64,000 nt of DNA, from contig OZ242029.1 of the NCBI GenBank assembly GCA_965205015.1, forward strand, positions 2,016,001 through 2,080,000, given 5' to 3'. This DNA is from Candidatus Poribacteria bacterium. Lineage in GTDB: Bacteria > Poribacteria > WGA-4E > WGA-3G. This document shows, piece after piece, positions 7,651-17,929 of the stretch. Numbering within the stretch: the stretch's first letter is position 1; every line of letters starts with the position of its first letter. The translations under genes and the position numbers were made by a program. Below the pieces are notes generated by a model. The model ran no database searches. It was not told where the DNA came from and saw only the letters and a list, made by a program, of their open reading frames with translations.

Positions 7651-10600
7651 ATGATTAACCGAATTATCGAAATCTGCATGAAGAACCGCCTGTTGGTGTT
7701 AGTCATCTTTGTCTTTGTCACAATGACGGGTTGGTGGGCATTGAACCAGACCCCAATTGATGCTATGCCCGACATCGGTGAAAACCAGGTCATTGTCTTC
7801 GCCGATTGGCCCGGACGAAGTCCACGGGATATTGAAGATCAGGTTATCTATCCCTTGAGTATTACCCTGCTTGGAATCCCCGATGTCAAAGATGTTCGCT
7901 CGACTTCCATGTTTAGTTTTGGCTACATTAACATTATCTTTAAAGATGATGTTGATTTCTATTGGGCTCGTACACGGGTACTGGAGCGAATGAATCTGGC
8001 ACAAAGGGACATGCCGGACGGTGTTGTGCCGATCCTCGGTCCCGATGCAACGGGCGTTGGACAAGTGTTTTGGTACACCGTTGAGAACGGGTACTATTGT
8101 CCGAATCATCCGACGAGACGCTATGCGAAGCCTGGTAAATGCCCGGAAGATGGTGAAACGCTTATTGCCTCCAATCTGGAGCTTCATGAACTTCGGACAC
8201 TCCAAGACTGGACGGTTCGTTACTATCTCGCCTCTGCTGATGGCGTTTCCGAGGTCGCCTCGGTCGGTGGATACGTCAAACAGTATCAGATCGACATCGA
8301 TCCGAACACTTTATTGGCGTATGATGTGCCGTTATCAATGGTTTACAACGCCGTCCGAGGGAGCAACCTTGATGTTGGTGCCAAGGTTATTGAGGAAGGC
8401 GGAATGGAGTTCCTAATTCGCGGCTTAGGTTTCATCAAAAGCATCGCGGATATAGAAAACATCGTTGTCAAGGAGCATAACGGCGTACCCATCTACGTCA
8501 AAAACCTTGGAACAGTCAGCGAAGGTCCCGACTTTCGGCGTGGTGCTTTGGACAAGGCTGGAATCCCCGCAACCGGTGGGGTCGTTCTCATGCGCTACGG
8601 TGATAACCCACTGCGCGTCATTGAGAACGTCAAGGCGAAAATAGCGGAACTCACACCTGGACTTCCACCCGGCGTCCAAATTGTACCATTCTATGACAGG
8701 AGCCATCTCATTCACCGCGCAACGGACACGCTGAAAGAAACATTGACGGAGGAAATCATCGTCGCGGCGGTTGTTATCCTGCTTTTCTTAGGACAAGTTT
8801 CAAGTAGTCTCATAATAGCACTTGTCTTACCGATGGGAGTTCTCCTGTCGTTTGTAGGTATGCGGATTATCGGTTTACCTTCAAACATCATGTCAATGGG
8901 TGGCATCGCCATCGCAATTGGCGTTATGGTGGATGCAGGTATTGTAATGACAGAGAATATCGCGCGACATTTACGGGAACCCCATGCAGGCGAAAGCAAG
9001 CTGCAAGTTGCAACGCGTGCCGCTAAAGAGGTGGGTCCACCTATCTTCTTTGCAATGCTCATTGTTATTGTTGCATTCATACCTGTTTTTTCTCTTACCG
9101 GTCAAGCGGGTAAACTTTTCAAACCGCTTGCCTATACAAAAACGTTCGCTATGATTGGGGCAGCACTTTTGGCGATTAGCCTTGTGCCGGTTTTAGCCTC
9201 ATTTCTACTCACGGACCCAACCCGTACCCCGACGGGTATGATTTCCAAGTGGGTGGCACGGTTCTTTTCACTACTCAGCTGGCCCCTAAGAAAGTTAGCG
9301 GATGGGATTACATGGATACTCAGAACTCTCTATCGTCCGATTATTCGATTGGCTGTAAGAAATATTTGGACCAAACTCGCTGTTGTTGTTTTAGCGGGAT
9401 TGGCTTTTGTCGCAAGTATACCCTTGACGCCTTTCTATAAAAATATTGGACAAGAATTCATGCCGCCACTTAACGAAGGCGCATTGTTGTTTATGCCGGT
9501 GCTGCTCCCGGGTGCCTCGATTACGCAAGCGAAAGATGTAATGGCGAAACAGGACTTGATTATGAATCGATTCCCTGAGGTTTCACTTGTCGTTGGAAAG
9601 TTGGGGCGAGCGGCAACAGCAACCGACCCTGCCCCAATTGGCATGTTTGAAACCATTGTCAATATAGTTGACCCAGCAGAGTGGCCCCGACGGGCTATTA
9701 AACATAATTCGACAAGGGAACTCGTACACCACCTCGTCCAACGCTTAAAACGCCAGGAACTGATGAGTGAGGAGCATGTAAACCATATTAACACCGAGTT
9801 TCTGGATGACATTGTTAAAGCTGCCATAAAACGGTTTGATACCTTGGCGACGACATACCATAATTCTTATCTGTCAGTTGATGCGCGCGAGAAACTCTAT
9901 CGAATCTGGTTATTACGAATCCTTTTGGAGGAGCTCCTCTCCGAAGAGCGAACAGGCGCAATGGGATTGGAACAGGTCAGAATTGGAGAATCTGAGACAG
10001 AAACGAAACTTCATCGGATTGCCGAGGAAATTGAGCCGACCCTCAAGCATAAAACTTATTTTCGGACCAAAAACCGCAACGAACTTATCACCGAACTGAC
10101 GGAGGCGACCCGGATGCCGGGGGTTTCCCCTATTATGACGCAGCCCATACGCAATCGTGTTGATATGCTCGCGACAGGTATACAGACGCCAATTGGAATC
10201 AAAGTGTTTGGGAAAGACCTCGCCAAGATTGAAGAGATCGCAGTGCGGATTGAGCAGGAACTCCTTAAACTTCAGGGAGCACAAGGTCCCTATGCCGAGC
10301 GCATTGGGAATAAGCCGTACCTTGAATTTCACATCGATCGAGAGGAAGCCGCCCGCTACGGCATCCAAATCAAAACAGTTCAACAAATCATCATGACAGC
10401 GATCGGCGGCATGAATTTAACCCATACCGTTGAAGGGCGGGAGCGATTTCCAATTCGTATCCGGTACATGCGAGAATTACGGGATAATATTGAAGCACTC
10501 AAGCGTGTACTTGTGCCAACACCAAAAGGGCTACACATTCCACTTGAGCAACTCGTAAAAATCGAAAGACGACCGGGGCCCGCGAAGATCGCAAGCGAGA

Positions 10601-11319
10601 ATACGCTCCTCTTTTCCCGCGTTTTTTGTGATGTAGATGTTGACACGATTGGGCTGGTTGATTTTGTCACATTAGCCCAAAAAACACTTGATGAGAAAAT
10701 TAAGCCAACCTTGCCCCAAGGCTATTTCTACGCCTTTAGCGGACAGTATGAAGCGGAACTTGAAGCCCGCGATCGATTAACAATTGTTGTGCCGGTATGT
10801 ATTGCCGTCATCTTTATGTTGCTGTACCTCCAGTTCAAGTCACCGTCTGCGATGTTTTCAATCTTCCTTGCGATTCCCTTTGCATTCATCGGGGGTATGT
10901 GGATGCAGTGGTTGATGGCATACGTGCCAGAAGCACTCGGCGGCGGTTACGCTATTAAATACAGTACGGCAGTATGGGTCGGATATATAGCCTTGTTTGG
11001 CATAGCCGTCGAAGATGGAATCGTCTTAATTGAATATCTACTGCAGCGAGTCCGGAGTGGTGAACCTATTGATGAAGCGGTAATCAATGCCGGCTTATTG
11101 CGTGTCCGCCCTATCATCATGACCACAGCAACTACAGTCTTGGCGTTATTGCCGATCATGTTAGCAGAAATTAGCACGACTACCGGCGCAGAATTAATGA
11201 AGCCCATCGCGGTCCCTACCTTCGGTGGTATGGTCTCGGCGACGGTGGCTAACCTTATCTTGGCACCCGTGTTATTTTCTCTCTTCTATCCGATTGAGCA
11301 TTGGATTCGCCAACGGTAG
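7651..11319 (+). CDS. cusA: CusA/CzcA family heavy-metal efflux RND permease
   Basis: PIDAMPDIGENQVIV, LGPDATGVG, NIMSMGGIAIAIGVMVDA, EFMPPLNEG, RVRPIIMT. Confidence 0.95.
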   Translation: MINRIIEICMKNRLLVLVIFVFVTMTGWWALNQTPIDAMPDIGENQVIVFADWPGRSPRDIEDQVIYPLSITLLGIPDVKDVRSTSMFSFGYINIIFKDDVDFYWARTRVLERMNLAQRDMPDGVVPILGPDATGVGQVFWYTVENGYYCPNHPTRRYAKPGKCPEDGETLIASNLELHELRTLQDWTVRYYLASADGVSEVASVGGYVKQYQIDIDPNTLLAYDVPLSMVYNAVRGSNLDVGAKVIEEGGMEFLIRGLGFIKSIADIENIVVKEHNGVPIYVKNLGTVSEGPDFRRGALDKAGIPATGGVVLMRYGDNPLRVIENVKAKIAELTPGLPPGVQIVPFYDRSHLIHRATDTLKETLTEEIIVAAVVILLFLGQVSSSLIIALVLPMGVLLSFVGMRIIGLPSNIMSMGGIAIAIGVMVDAGIVMTENIARHLREPHAGESKLQVATRAAKEVGPPIFFAMLIVIVAFIPVFSLTGQAGKLFKPLAYTKTFAMIGAALLAISLVPVLASFLLTDPTRTPTGMISKWVARFFSLLSWPLRKLADGITWILRTLYRPIIRLAVRNIWTKLAVVVLAGLAFVASIPLTPFYKNIGQEFMPPLNEGALLFMPVLLPGASITQAKDVMAKQDLIMNRFPEVSLVVGKLGRAATATDPAPIGMFETIVNIVDPAEWPRRAIKHNSTRELVHHLVQRLKRQELMSEEHVNHINTEFLDDIVKAAIKRFDTLATTYHNSYLSVDAREKLYRIWLLRILLEELLSEERTGAMGLEQVRIGESETETKLHRIAEEIEPTLKHKTYFRTKNRNELITELTEATRMPGVSPIMTQPIRNRVDMLATGIQTPIGIKVFGKDLAKIEEIAVRIEQELLKLQGAQGPYAERIGNKPYLEFHIDREEAARYGIQIKTVQQIIMTAIGGMNLTHTVEGRERFPIRIRYMRELRDNIEALKRVLVPTPKGLHIPLEQLVKIERRPGPAKIASENTLLFSRVFCDVDVDTIGLVDFVTLAQKTLDEKIKPTLPQGYFYAFSGQYEAELEARDRLTIVVPVCIAVIFMLLYLQFKSPSAMFSIFLAIPFAFIGGMWMQWLMAYVPEALGGGYAIKYSTAVWVGYIALFGIAVEDGIVLIEYLLQRVRSGEPIDEAVINAGLLRVRPIIMTTATTVLALLPIMLAEISTTTGAELMKPIAVPTFGGMVSATVANLILAPVLFSLFYPIEHWIRQR

Positions 11320-11345
11320 AAGATATATATCAAATGGGAGGAGTC

Positions 11346-11960
11346 ATGAAACTTCTAACGACATTCAGCACCTGCATACTCATCACTCTTATCGGGTTTC
11401 CATCTGTTGGCACTGCGCTTGAATTTGAAAAATACTTACATGTTGCAAAAGGTAGTGTAATAAGCAACGGTCGCGGATTAGCGATCACCGATGACGAACT
11501 GGAAACCGCACGCACTGAAGAGTTTTCAGTGGGGTTTCAATTGATGCCTGCCCTTCGGTTCTCAGTTCCATTCGGCAGTTACACCGTGGATACCCGCGCT
11601 GGCAACGCCGATGTCCTGCCCTTTGGAACGTTGAATGTTGAGACCGTTGGTATGATGTTGACTTTGAGTGGACGTGGGAAGTGGGCACCATTTATTGGAC
11701 TCGGAACAAATTTCTATGCCTTTTCTGAACAATTTGCTGCGCCTGCAAATATCGAGAACACTTTTGGCGCCGAAGCGTCTACTGGACTCAACATAAGACT
11801 TATCGACAGCATTTTCGAGGTGGCACAGTTATACGGATCGTTCGGCTATCAGTTCAGTTTTTTAAGACCGGGGATTAGCGTTCCTACCAGACCTGACGTT
11901 GAAGCGTTATCGTTAAACCGACATAGCATCACCTTCCGATTAGAAATCTTAGGATTATAG
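11346..11960 (+). CDS. Small outer-membrane beta-barrel (OmpW/porin-like)
   Basis: GGAGG RBS before ATG 11346; signal peptide; WAPFIGLGTNFY, FGAEASTG, YGSFGYQFSF strands. Confidence 0.6.
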   Translation: MKLLTTFSTCILITLIGFPSVGTALEFEKYLHVAKGSVISNGRGLAITDDELETARTEEFSVGFQLMPALRFSVPFGSYTVDTRAGNADVLPFGTLNVETVGMMLTLSGRGKWAPFIGLGTNFYAFSEQFAAPANIENTFGAEASTGLNIRLIDSIFEVAQLYGSFGYQFSFLRPGISVPTRPDVEALSLNRHSITFRLEILGL

Positions 11961-12093
11961 CGAAGGTATTAAGGTGTCCAAGGGCTGTGGCTGGCTTAAA
12001 CGGTGATCTACAGTAAAAGTCTTGCAAAAATAAAGATTTCTGGTAAACTTACGCATACTGATGAAGACATATAACGCTATAAGGAGATTATAG

Positions 12094-13071
12094 ATGTTTT
12101 TCCAAATCTGTCGGGGTCCTCGAACAAGTATTCTGTTAGCACTTATTTTTTTCATACTGAGCATGCCACTACTCAGCAACGCTCGTGAAACAAACGGGGA
12201 CGATCAAAAACTGGCGGCTATTTTCCCAAAAGCCAAGAAATTTGTTCAACGGAACCCCGTTTTGACGCCAGACCAGACAGTTTCTATTGAAAAGCAACTC
12301 GGAATTAAACTTCAATCGGAAGACCTGAAACCGATTTTCTACATTCCAATCAGCGAAAAAAAGAAACCTATGGGCTTGGTGTTGTTTACTGATGTAAAGG
12401 GACCCAGGGGCGTTATTGAAGGGTCCGTTGGATTGGATATGCGAGGGAAAGTCGTAAAAGTAAAAATTTATGAACACAAAGAATCAAACGCTATTACGGA
12501 AGAGGAATTTCTTCAGCAGTTCATCGGTATGGGTATAGACAATGCTTTTAAGGTGGGAGTGGACGTTGAAGCTATTGACGGGTATGAAGACGCTTCAAGC
12601 GGGGTCGCTCTAATTCCGAAAAAAACGTTGGTAATGAGTTATGCCCTCTTCCTAAAACAGGAACCGAGGTCTGATGCCGAAGAAGCACCAATGCCTGAGG
12701 CACCAGAGGAAGAATTGCCTGAGGCTGAAGACTTAAAAACTCTTATGGCGTTGATGATAGATGACTATTTTGTGGTCGTCGATTATTTTGATGAAAAGGA
12801 GAGCAAAACCAAAGCCATTCGAGCCGCAAAACGACTCGCTAAATATGCAAAAGGCATTTCAAACTTCGAGCCACCCAAGAATGCAGATCAAACCGAAGAG
12901 TATACCTACTTACAAGACACATTTAGCGAAAACCTCCTCAAATTCGCTGAAGCACTTCAGACAGAAGGTATTTCTGACGAAACGCGCAAACAGTGGGACG
13001 CTATCGTTACTTTAGTCAATCAGGCACACCTCCGATTTAGTGAGGAAGAGATTGATTTGGACACGTATTAG
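12094..13071 (+). CDS. Secreted FMN-binding-domain protein fused to a cytochrome b562/c'-like four-helix bundle
   Basis: VKGPRGVIEGSVGLDMRGKVVKVKIYEHKES...FLQQFIG (FMN_bind-like); C-terminal DLKTLM...EPPK...VNQAHLRF. Confidence 0.65.
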   Translation: MFFQICRGPRTSILLALIFFILSMPLLSNARETNGDDQKLAAIFPKAKKFVQRNPVLTPDQTVSIEKQLGIKLQSEDLKPIFYIPISEKKKPMGLVLFTDVKGPRGVIEGSVGLDMRGKVVKVKIYEHKESNAITEEEFLQQFIGMGIDNAFKVGVDVEAIDGYEDASSGVALIPKKTLVMSYALFLKQEPRSDAEEAPMPEAPEEELPEAEDLKTLMALMIDDYFVVVDYFDEKESKTKAIRAAKRLAKYAKGISNFEPPKNADQTEEYTYLQDTFSENLLKFAEALQTEGISDETRKQWDAIVTLVNQAHLRFSEEEIDLDTY

Positions 13072-13115
13072 CTGCGAGTGCTGCAGCTGTTGGTTGAATT
13101 TTGATTGGAGACAGT

Positions 13116-14504
13116 ATGAGAAAGTGGATATATTATTTGTGTATCGTCAGTCTATTGGTGTGCACATTGCCAACATCGGCACAGGTGCGTCCGCCTCGAC
13201 GGAAACACAGGATCATCGTGGATCCGGGGGCGAAGAAGGAAAAGCCCCTCGAGGCGGATATAGGGGCAAACCTTAAGGACATCGCAAAACGCGCAACGCA
13301 GCACGCTCAGAATCCAAAGGTGGATGTCGTCTTCGTTGTTGACGGTGGAAAACAGATGTTGGGACATCTCGCCGCCCTTGAAAAAAGATTTGTCGATATG
13401 CTCACCGTTATAGAGGCGAAAACGATGGACTACAGATTCGCCTTGGTGGGTTTCCATTCAGTATACGGAGAGCCACGCGTCAATTTCCATCAATGGACAT
13501 TTGACTATCTCAATATTGAAAAAGCTTTTCGGGAGATGCGAGTCGAATCCGGAAACAACATTGAATCTGGGTATGGACTCGATGCTATCATTAAAGGCTT
13601 GAACGAGTTGGAATTCCGAGAAGACGCAAGAACGCAATTCGTTGTGGTGGCCGACGCTCGGCTGCGCACCTCATGGACAGAAGCAAAGGCGAAAAATAAA
13701 ATTAGCCAACAGATTATCGACCTTTGTCGCAGAAACAGTGTACAACTCAACTGCATCGGTATTAGCGAAAAGGTACAAGCGGAACTGACTGATGAAACGA
13801 ACGGTGTTTGGTATCCGATTGATTCAAACCAGCGGAAGATGGATGGACAGCGTATTCGGAGCGGTGCGACAATTGCCGACAAGGCACTACTTAGGATTGA
13901 TGGCTTGTTTAAACGTATTGCCGAGAATCTGGTTGCGAGTAACCCTGGTAAAGTGGACGTTGTGTTCGTCTTTGATTACAGTCTGAGTATGCAAACCAAG
14001 ACGGATCCCGCATGCGACGGTTTGGATCTCATGGTCTCTGTGTTCAACACGGCCGGATTAGATTACCGATTTGGGATTATCCGGTTTTGGGCGGCAGTTG
14101 GGGGCGGCGAAAGTACGATTGTTGTAACCAAACCGCCCTTGGAAGCAGAGCAGGTAAAGTCGCTATTTCGCCTCCCAAAAAACGGCGATGAGCATCTATT
14201 GGATGCCATCATGGAAGGCGTGCCAAAACTCCGCACCGAAGAAGGGCGTAACCTCGTCCTTATCATCGTCACAGATGAACCAACAAGCAAACGATCAGAA
14301 AAAGGGTATACCGCGGGCAAAGCAATTTCAGTATGTCGAGGGGCGTTTGCTCGGGTTTACGTCATCGGCGGGGTTACCTCCATGCGAAGCAACTCCATCG
14401 GAGATAATTTCCAACGGCAGGTCGCTCAGGTAACCAAAGGTGAACACTATATTATGCCGGGGGCATTGGCAAGGCAGGGCGTTGGGGCTGATGAGCGGCG
14501 GTAA
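13116..14504 (+). CDS. Secreted tandem vWA-domain protein
   Basis: Two KVDVVFV.D repeats (DGGKQM, DYSLSM), DYRF, LIIVTDE; signal peptide. Confidence 0.8.
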   Translation: MRKWIYYLCIVSLLVCTLPTSAQVRPPRRKHRIIVDPGAKKEKPLEADIGANLKDIAKRATQHAQNPKVDVVFVVDGGKQMLGHLAALEKRFVDMLTVIEAKTMDYRFALVGFHSVYGEPRVNFHQWTFDYLNIEKAFREMRVESGNNIESGYGLDAIIKGLNELEFREDARTQFVVVADARLRTSWTEAKAKNKISQQIIDLCRRNSVQLNCIGISEKVQAELTDETNGVWYPIDSNQRKMDGQRIRSGATIADKALLRIDGLFKRIAENLVASNPGKVDVVFVFDYSLSMQTKTDPACDGLDLMVSVFNTAGLDYRFGIIRFWAAVGGGESTIVVTKPPLEAEQVKSLFRLPKNGDEHLLDAIMEGVPKLRTEEGRNLVLIIVTDEPTSKRSEKGYTAGKAISVCRGAFARVYVIGGVTSMRSNSIGDNFQRQVAQVTKGEHYIMPGALARQGVGADERR

Positions 14505-14531
14505 GCGCACTGTCTCTCCACCCATAGTGAT

Positions 14532-15506
14532 TTATTGTAAGTTGAGTTCATCTGCCGTCTTGGCATGGATAGCGATAAGCGCAAAACAGGTTGACTGTAA
14601 ATTGGCAGTCGGTTCTGACAGTTCAATCGGTGTACTGCTGACGAAGCTGCCATCCTCCTGCCGCACATCTGTTAGATAATTGATAGCAATCCGGCGGGTG
14701 TTGAGGGGATCGTTTCCAGCGGCGAGTGCCATAATTGCAATCGCTGTGATTTCTGGATCGCTTGGACTGCCCTTATACCTTCCAAAGCCACCATCCTCAT
14801 TCTGGAATTGTTTGAGCCAGGCAATCTGGGCATCAATATCGTAAACAGTCTCCAAACCTTGGACCACCCAGGCTGTTATAAAAACGTCAGATCTGCTCCC
14901 GCGTTCTAATGCCCAGCCGTCATCGAAATTAATGCCTTTAGCCAGCCAATCCGCCCCTTTGGAGATCGGTTCAAAGTTTTGTTTGAAGCCGAGCCTCCTA
15001 AATCCAGTTAATACAGCGGCAGTGTAAAGAACGTTATCAGGACTCCGTTCCTTTTTTCCCCACGCACCACTACGATTCTGTGCTTTTTTTAGCCAGCGGA
15101 GCCCACTAAAACGGACTTCAGGATCGGTCTCTGCCGCTGCTAAGGCAATAAGCGCGAAGGTCGTATGTGCGGTGTTGTTATTCCAACTCCCGTTATCCGA
15201 CTGCGTATTTCTGAGGTACTGAACCCCGGTTCGGATGACCTGTGATCCGGTGCCCCAACCCGCATCGATCAACGCCCACACAGCAAAAGCGGTGACTTCC
15301 ACATCGCTTTCGTTACTCGCTAAAAGGGGCCAGCCCCCGTCTGGGTTTTGATGTTCCACAATATAGGTTTTCGCGCCTTCAATCGTTTGATAAAGCTGCG
15401 GTGTTTCCTGTTCTTCCGTAAGCAAAGTTTGCGCTGTATTCAGATCGGAACAACTCAACAAAATAAACCAACAGAATAGCGTCAGTATGCATTTGCAATT
15501 TTTCAT
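14532..15506 (-). CDS. Prenyltransferase/squalene-oxidase (QW) repeat lipoprotein
   Basis: Lipobox LLSC; repeats QNPDGGW, QSDNGSW, QNRSGAW, QNEDGGF, QEDGSF. Confidence 0.8.
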   Translation of the reverse strand: MKNCKCILTLFCWFILLSCSDLNTAQTLLTEEQETPQLYQTIEGAKTYIVEHQNPDGGWPLLASNESDVEVTAFAVWALIDAGWGTGSQVIRTGVQYLRNTQSDNGSWNNNTAHTTFALIALAAAETDPEVRFSGLRWLKKAQNRSGAWGKKERSPDNVLYTAAVLTGFRRLGFKQNFEPISKGADWLAKGINFDDGWALERGSRSDVFITAWVVQGLETVYDIDAQIAWLKQFQNEDGGFGRYKGSPSDPEITAIAIMALAAGNDPLNTRRIAINYLTDVRQEDGSFVSSTPIELSEPTANLQSTCFALIAIHAKTADELNLQ

Positions 15507-15543
15507 CTTCCCACTCCTTAGGGCTTATCACTGTGAGAATCCC

Positions 15544-16668
15544 CTACAACTGTGGTTCAATCACAACCTTATAAACCCCTTCTTGCCCAAGCATCTCAAT
15601 GCCTTTTTCCAGTTGATGCAACGGTAGGTGGTGCGTTATCAATTCATGCAGGGGGGCACGCGTTATCTGAAGGAAATCCAACGCCGTTTGAAACTGAATC
15701 TGTGGATATGCCCATACACCGCAAACATCTAAATCTTTGTTGCAAATCTGGTGGGGGCGGACACGGATATCTCCAGAATCGGTGTAATGTCCAACTTCAA
15801 TAACTTTTCCGCCGCGTCTCACGACATCCAAGGCTTCGGAGAAAACAGCAGGGATCCCCGCACACTCAATCGCGATGTCCGCGCCGACACCGTTTGTGAG
15901 TTCCTGAATCTGCTCCACCCGTTCTTCAGGTGTTGTGTCTCCGACGTTAATGACCACATCCGCTCCCATCTGCTTCGCCATCTCTAACCGGCTATCAACA
16001 AGGTCAGTGGCGATGATAGTACCTGCACCGCTATCCCGTAGCACAGCAATGACAAGGAGACCAATCGGTCCACATCCAAGAACTGCAACCCGATTCCCGA
16101 TGCTGTATCCATCTCCGACTTGTGGTAAACCCGGGGCACACGCCCGTTCAACGGCACGCGTCGCAACCGCTACCGGCTCCGTCAGCACGCGGATTTCTTC
16201 AGGAACGCTTTCTGGCATTTTATAGACCCAAGAGTTCCCGTGAATATAGGTATACTCGGCGAATTCGCCGTTCAGATACGGGGGCGTTTCACTGTTGCTA
16301 AACCCATAAATAGTGCGTCCAGAACATAGCGTTGGACGGCCTGGGACGTGCAAGCAATAGTAGCATCTCCCACAGTTCTTTGAACCGGGCACCACAGTCA
16401 CGCGATCGCCTGCTTTGATGGGACCCCCCATCACATTCATGGCCTGATTCGCATCTTTACCGATCTCAGCAACCGTGCCGACGACTTCATGTCCGGGGAT
16501 GACCGGAAATTTTAGGGCGGTATGCCCAAGATACATATGTTTATCACTTCCACAAATGCCTACTCTGTCCACTTGTAAAAGGAGTGCGTCATCTGCAGGG
16601 GACGGTTTCTCAAATTCGCGGATCTCTATCTGTCCCGGTTGGAGCATCATTGCCGCCTGAACTTGCAT
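15544..16668 (-). CDS. Zinc-dependent alcohol dehydrogenase (MDR family)
   Basis: GICGSD, GHE, CGRCYYC...C structural Zn, GCGPIG. Confidence 0.92.
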   Translation of the reverse strand: MQVQAAMMLQPGQIEIREFEKPSPADDALLLQVDRVGICGSDKHMYLGHTALKFPVIPGHEVVGTVAEIGKDANQAMNVMGGPIKAGDRVTVVPGSKNCGRCYYCLHVPGRPTLCSGRTIYGFSNSETPPYLNGEFAEYTYIHGNSWVYKMPESVPEEIRVLTEPVAVATRAVERACAPGLPQVGDGYSIGNRVAVLGCGPIGLLVIAVLRDSGAGTIIATDLVDSRLEMAKQMGADVVINVGDTTPEERVEQIQELTNGVGADIAIECAGIPAVFSEALDVVRRGGKVIEVGHYTDSGDIRVRPHQICNKDLDVCGVWAYPQIQFQTALDFLQITRAPLHELITHHLPLHQLEKGIEMLGQEGVYKVVIEPQL

Positions 16669-16712
16669 AGTTAAGGTTCCTTATTGTATTTTTTCTAATT
16701 TATAGGCGCTAT

Positions 16713-17870
16713 TTATCGTGCCCAGAGCGGAATCAATATCCTGGTCAACTGCGCTAAACTCTCCAAATTGTGTGCTGGGAGAAAATAATCCACGTATGGC
16801 AAAGCCGTACGAATGCCTCGGCAAATCGGCTGATAGCCGTCACTGCCGAGCAGCGGATTGAGCCAAATTAACCGATAAGCATGCCGATGGATCATCTCCA
16901 TAGAACGGCGCAACACATCTACATCGCCGCGATCCCAGCCATCACTGATGAGGATAACGACTGAACGATATGCCGAGAAAGACGGCGCAAATTGCCGATA
17001 GAATTCCAGCAGACTTTCGCCAATCTTCGTCCCACCTGACCAGTCCGGCACGACGTTCGCGACCTCATTCAAACCCTCCGCCAACCCTTTTCGCCGCAGG
17101 AGTCCCGTGATGTCCGTCAGGTGTGTGCTAAAGACTGCCACATCCACTTCTCTCAGCTCCTGCTGCATGCCGTAGATGAATTGGATGAGAAACTTGGCGT
17201 AACAATCCATCGAGCCGCTCACATCACAGAGAAGTAGAATCTTGGTTTTTTTGATTTTCCGCTGTTTCCGTATTAATTCAAGCGGTTCGCCGCCATGTAC
17301 AAGACTTTGCCGCCAACTCCGTCGAAAATCAATTGTTTTCCCCTTTTTACCGACAACCTTTCGCCGACTGAGTTTTGTCGCCAACATCGCCGCCAGTTTC
17401 GCGACGATCTCTCGGGCTTGCTCCATATCTTCTTTTGTGAACTCGCTGAAATCTTTCCGACTCAGGAGATCTTCAGCACTATAAGCGATCGGATCGTCTT
17501 CCTCTCCTTCCTCATGCTCCTCTGCCTCGGTATCCAACCACTGTTCCACGATGTCCTGTTCATCGCCTGCATCCGAGAGATCTTGGAGTGCAGAGGGTTC
17601 ATGGGTCTGCTCCTCCGTATCCACAGTTTGGAATTCAGGACGCGGGTATCGCCAAAACAGATCGAAGGCGGCGTCAAACGTCTCCCGTTCAGCTTCTCCA
17701 GCGATGAGGTTCGTTCGTGCTGTATGATAAAACGCCTCCCGCTCACCGATGTCAATCAGTTGGACGCTCTCGCACCAACTCAGCTGATTGGTCGTCGTCA
17801 CATTGACACCCATCTGTCGGAGCAAGCGACAGAAATCTGTAATTTGTTGGAGGAGGGTCTGTTCAGTCAT
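16713..17870 (-). CDS. CoxE-like vWA domain protein
   Basis: LLCDVSGSM, WSGGTKIG, ILISDGWDRG, LIWLNPL. Confidence 0.88.
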   Translation of the reverse strand: MTEQTLLQQITDFCRLLRQMGVNVTTTNQLSWCESVQLIDIGEREAFYHTARTNLIAGEAERETFDAAFDLFWRYPRPEFQTVDTEEQTHEPSALQDLSDAGDEQDIVEQWLDTEAEEHEEGEEDDPIAYSAEDLLSRKDFSEFTKEDMEQAREIVAKLAAMLATKLSRRKVVGKKGKTIDFRRSWRQSLVHGGEPLELIRKQRKIKKTKILLLCDVSGSMDCYAKFLIQFIYGMQQELREVDVAVFSTHLTDITGLLRRKGLAEGLNEVANVVPDWSGGTKIGESLLEFYRQFAPSFSAYRSVVILISDGWDRGDVDVLRRSMEMIHRHAYRLIWLNPLLGSDGYQPICRGIRTALPYVDYFLPAHNLESLAQLTRILIPLWAR

Positions 17871-17929
17871 TGTTTATATGAGAATGTCAAGTTAATAAGT
17901 ACCGGAATCGGTATAGCACCGTGGTTTTC

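Noticed and set aside
14532-15506. Squalene-hopene cyclase
   Set aside because: About half the expected length, has a lipobox and no DXDD motif; only QW repeats
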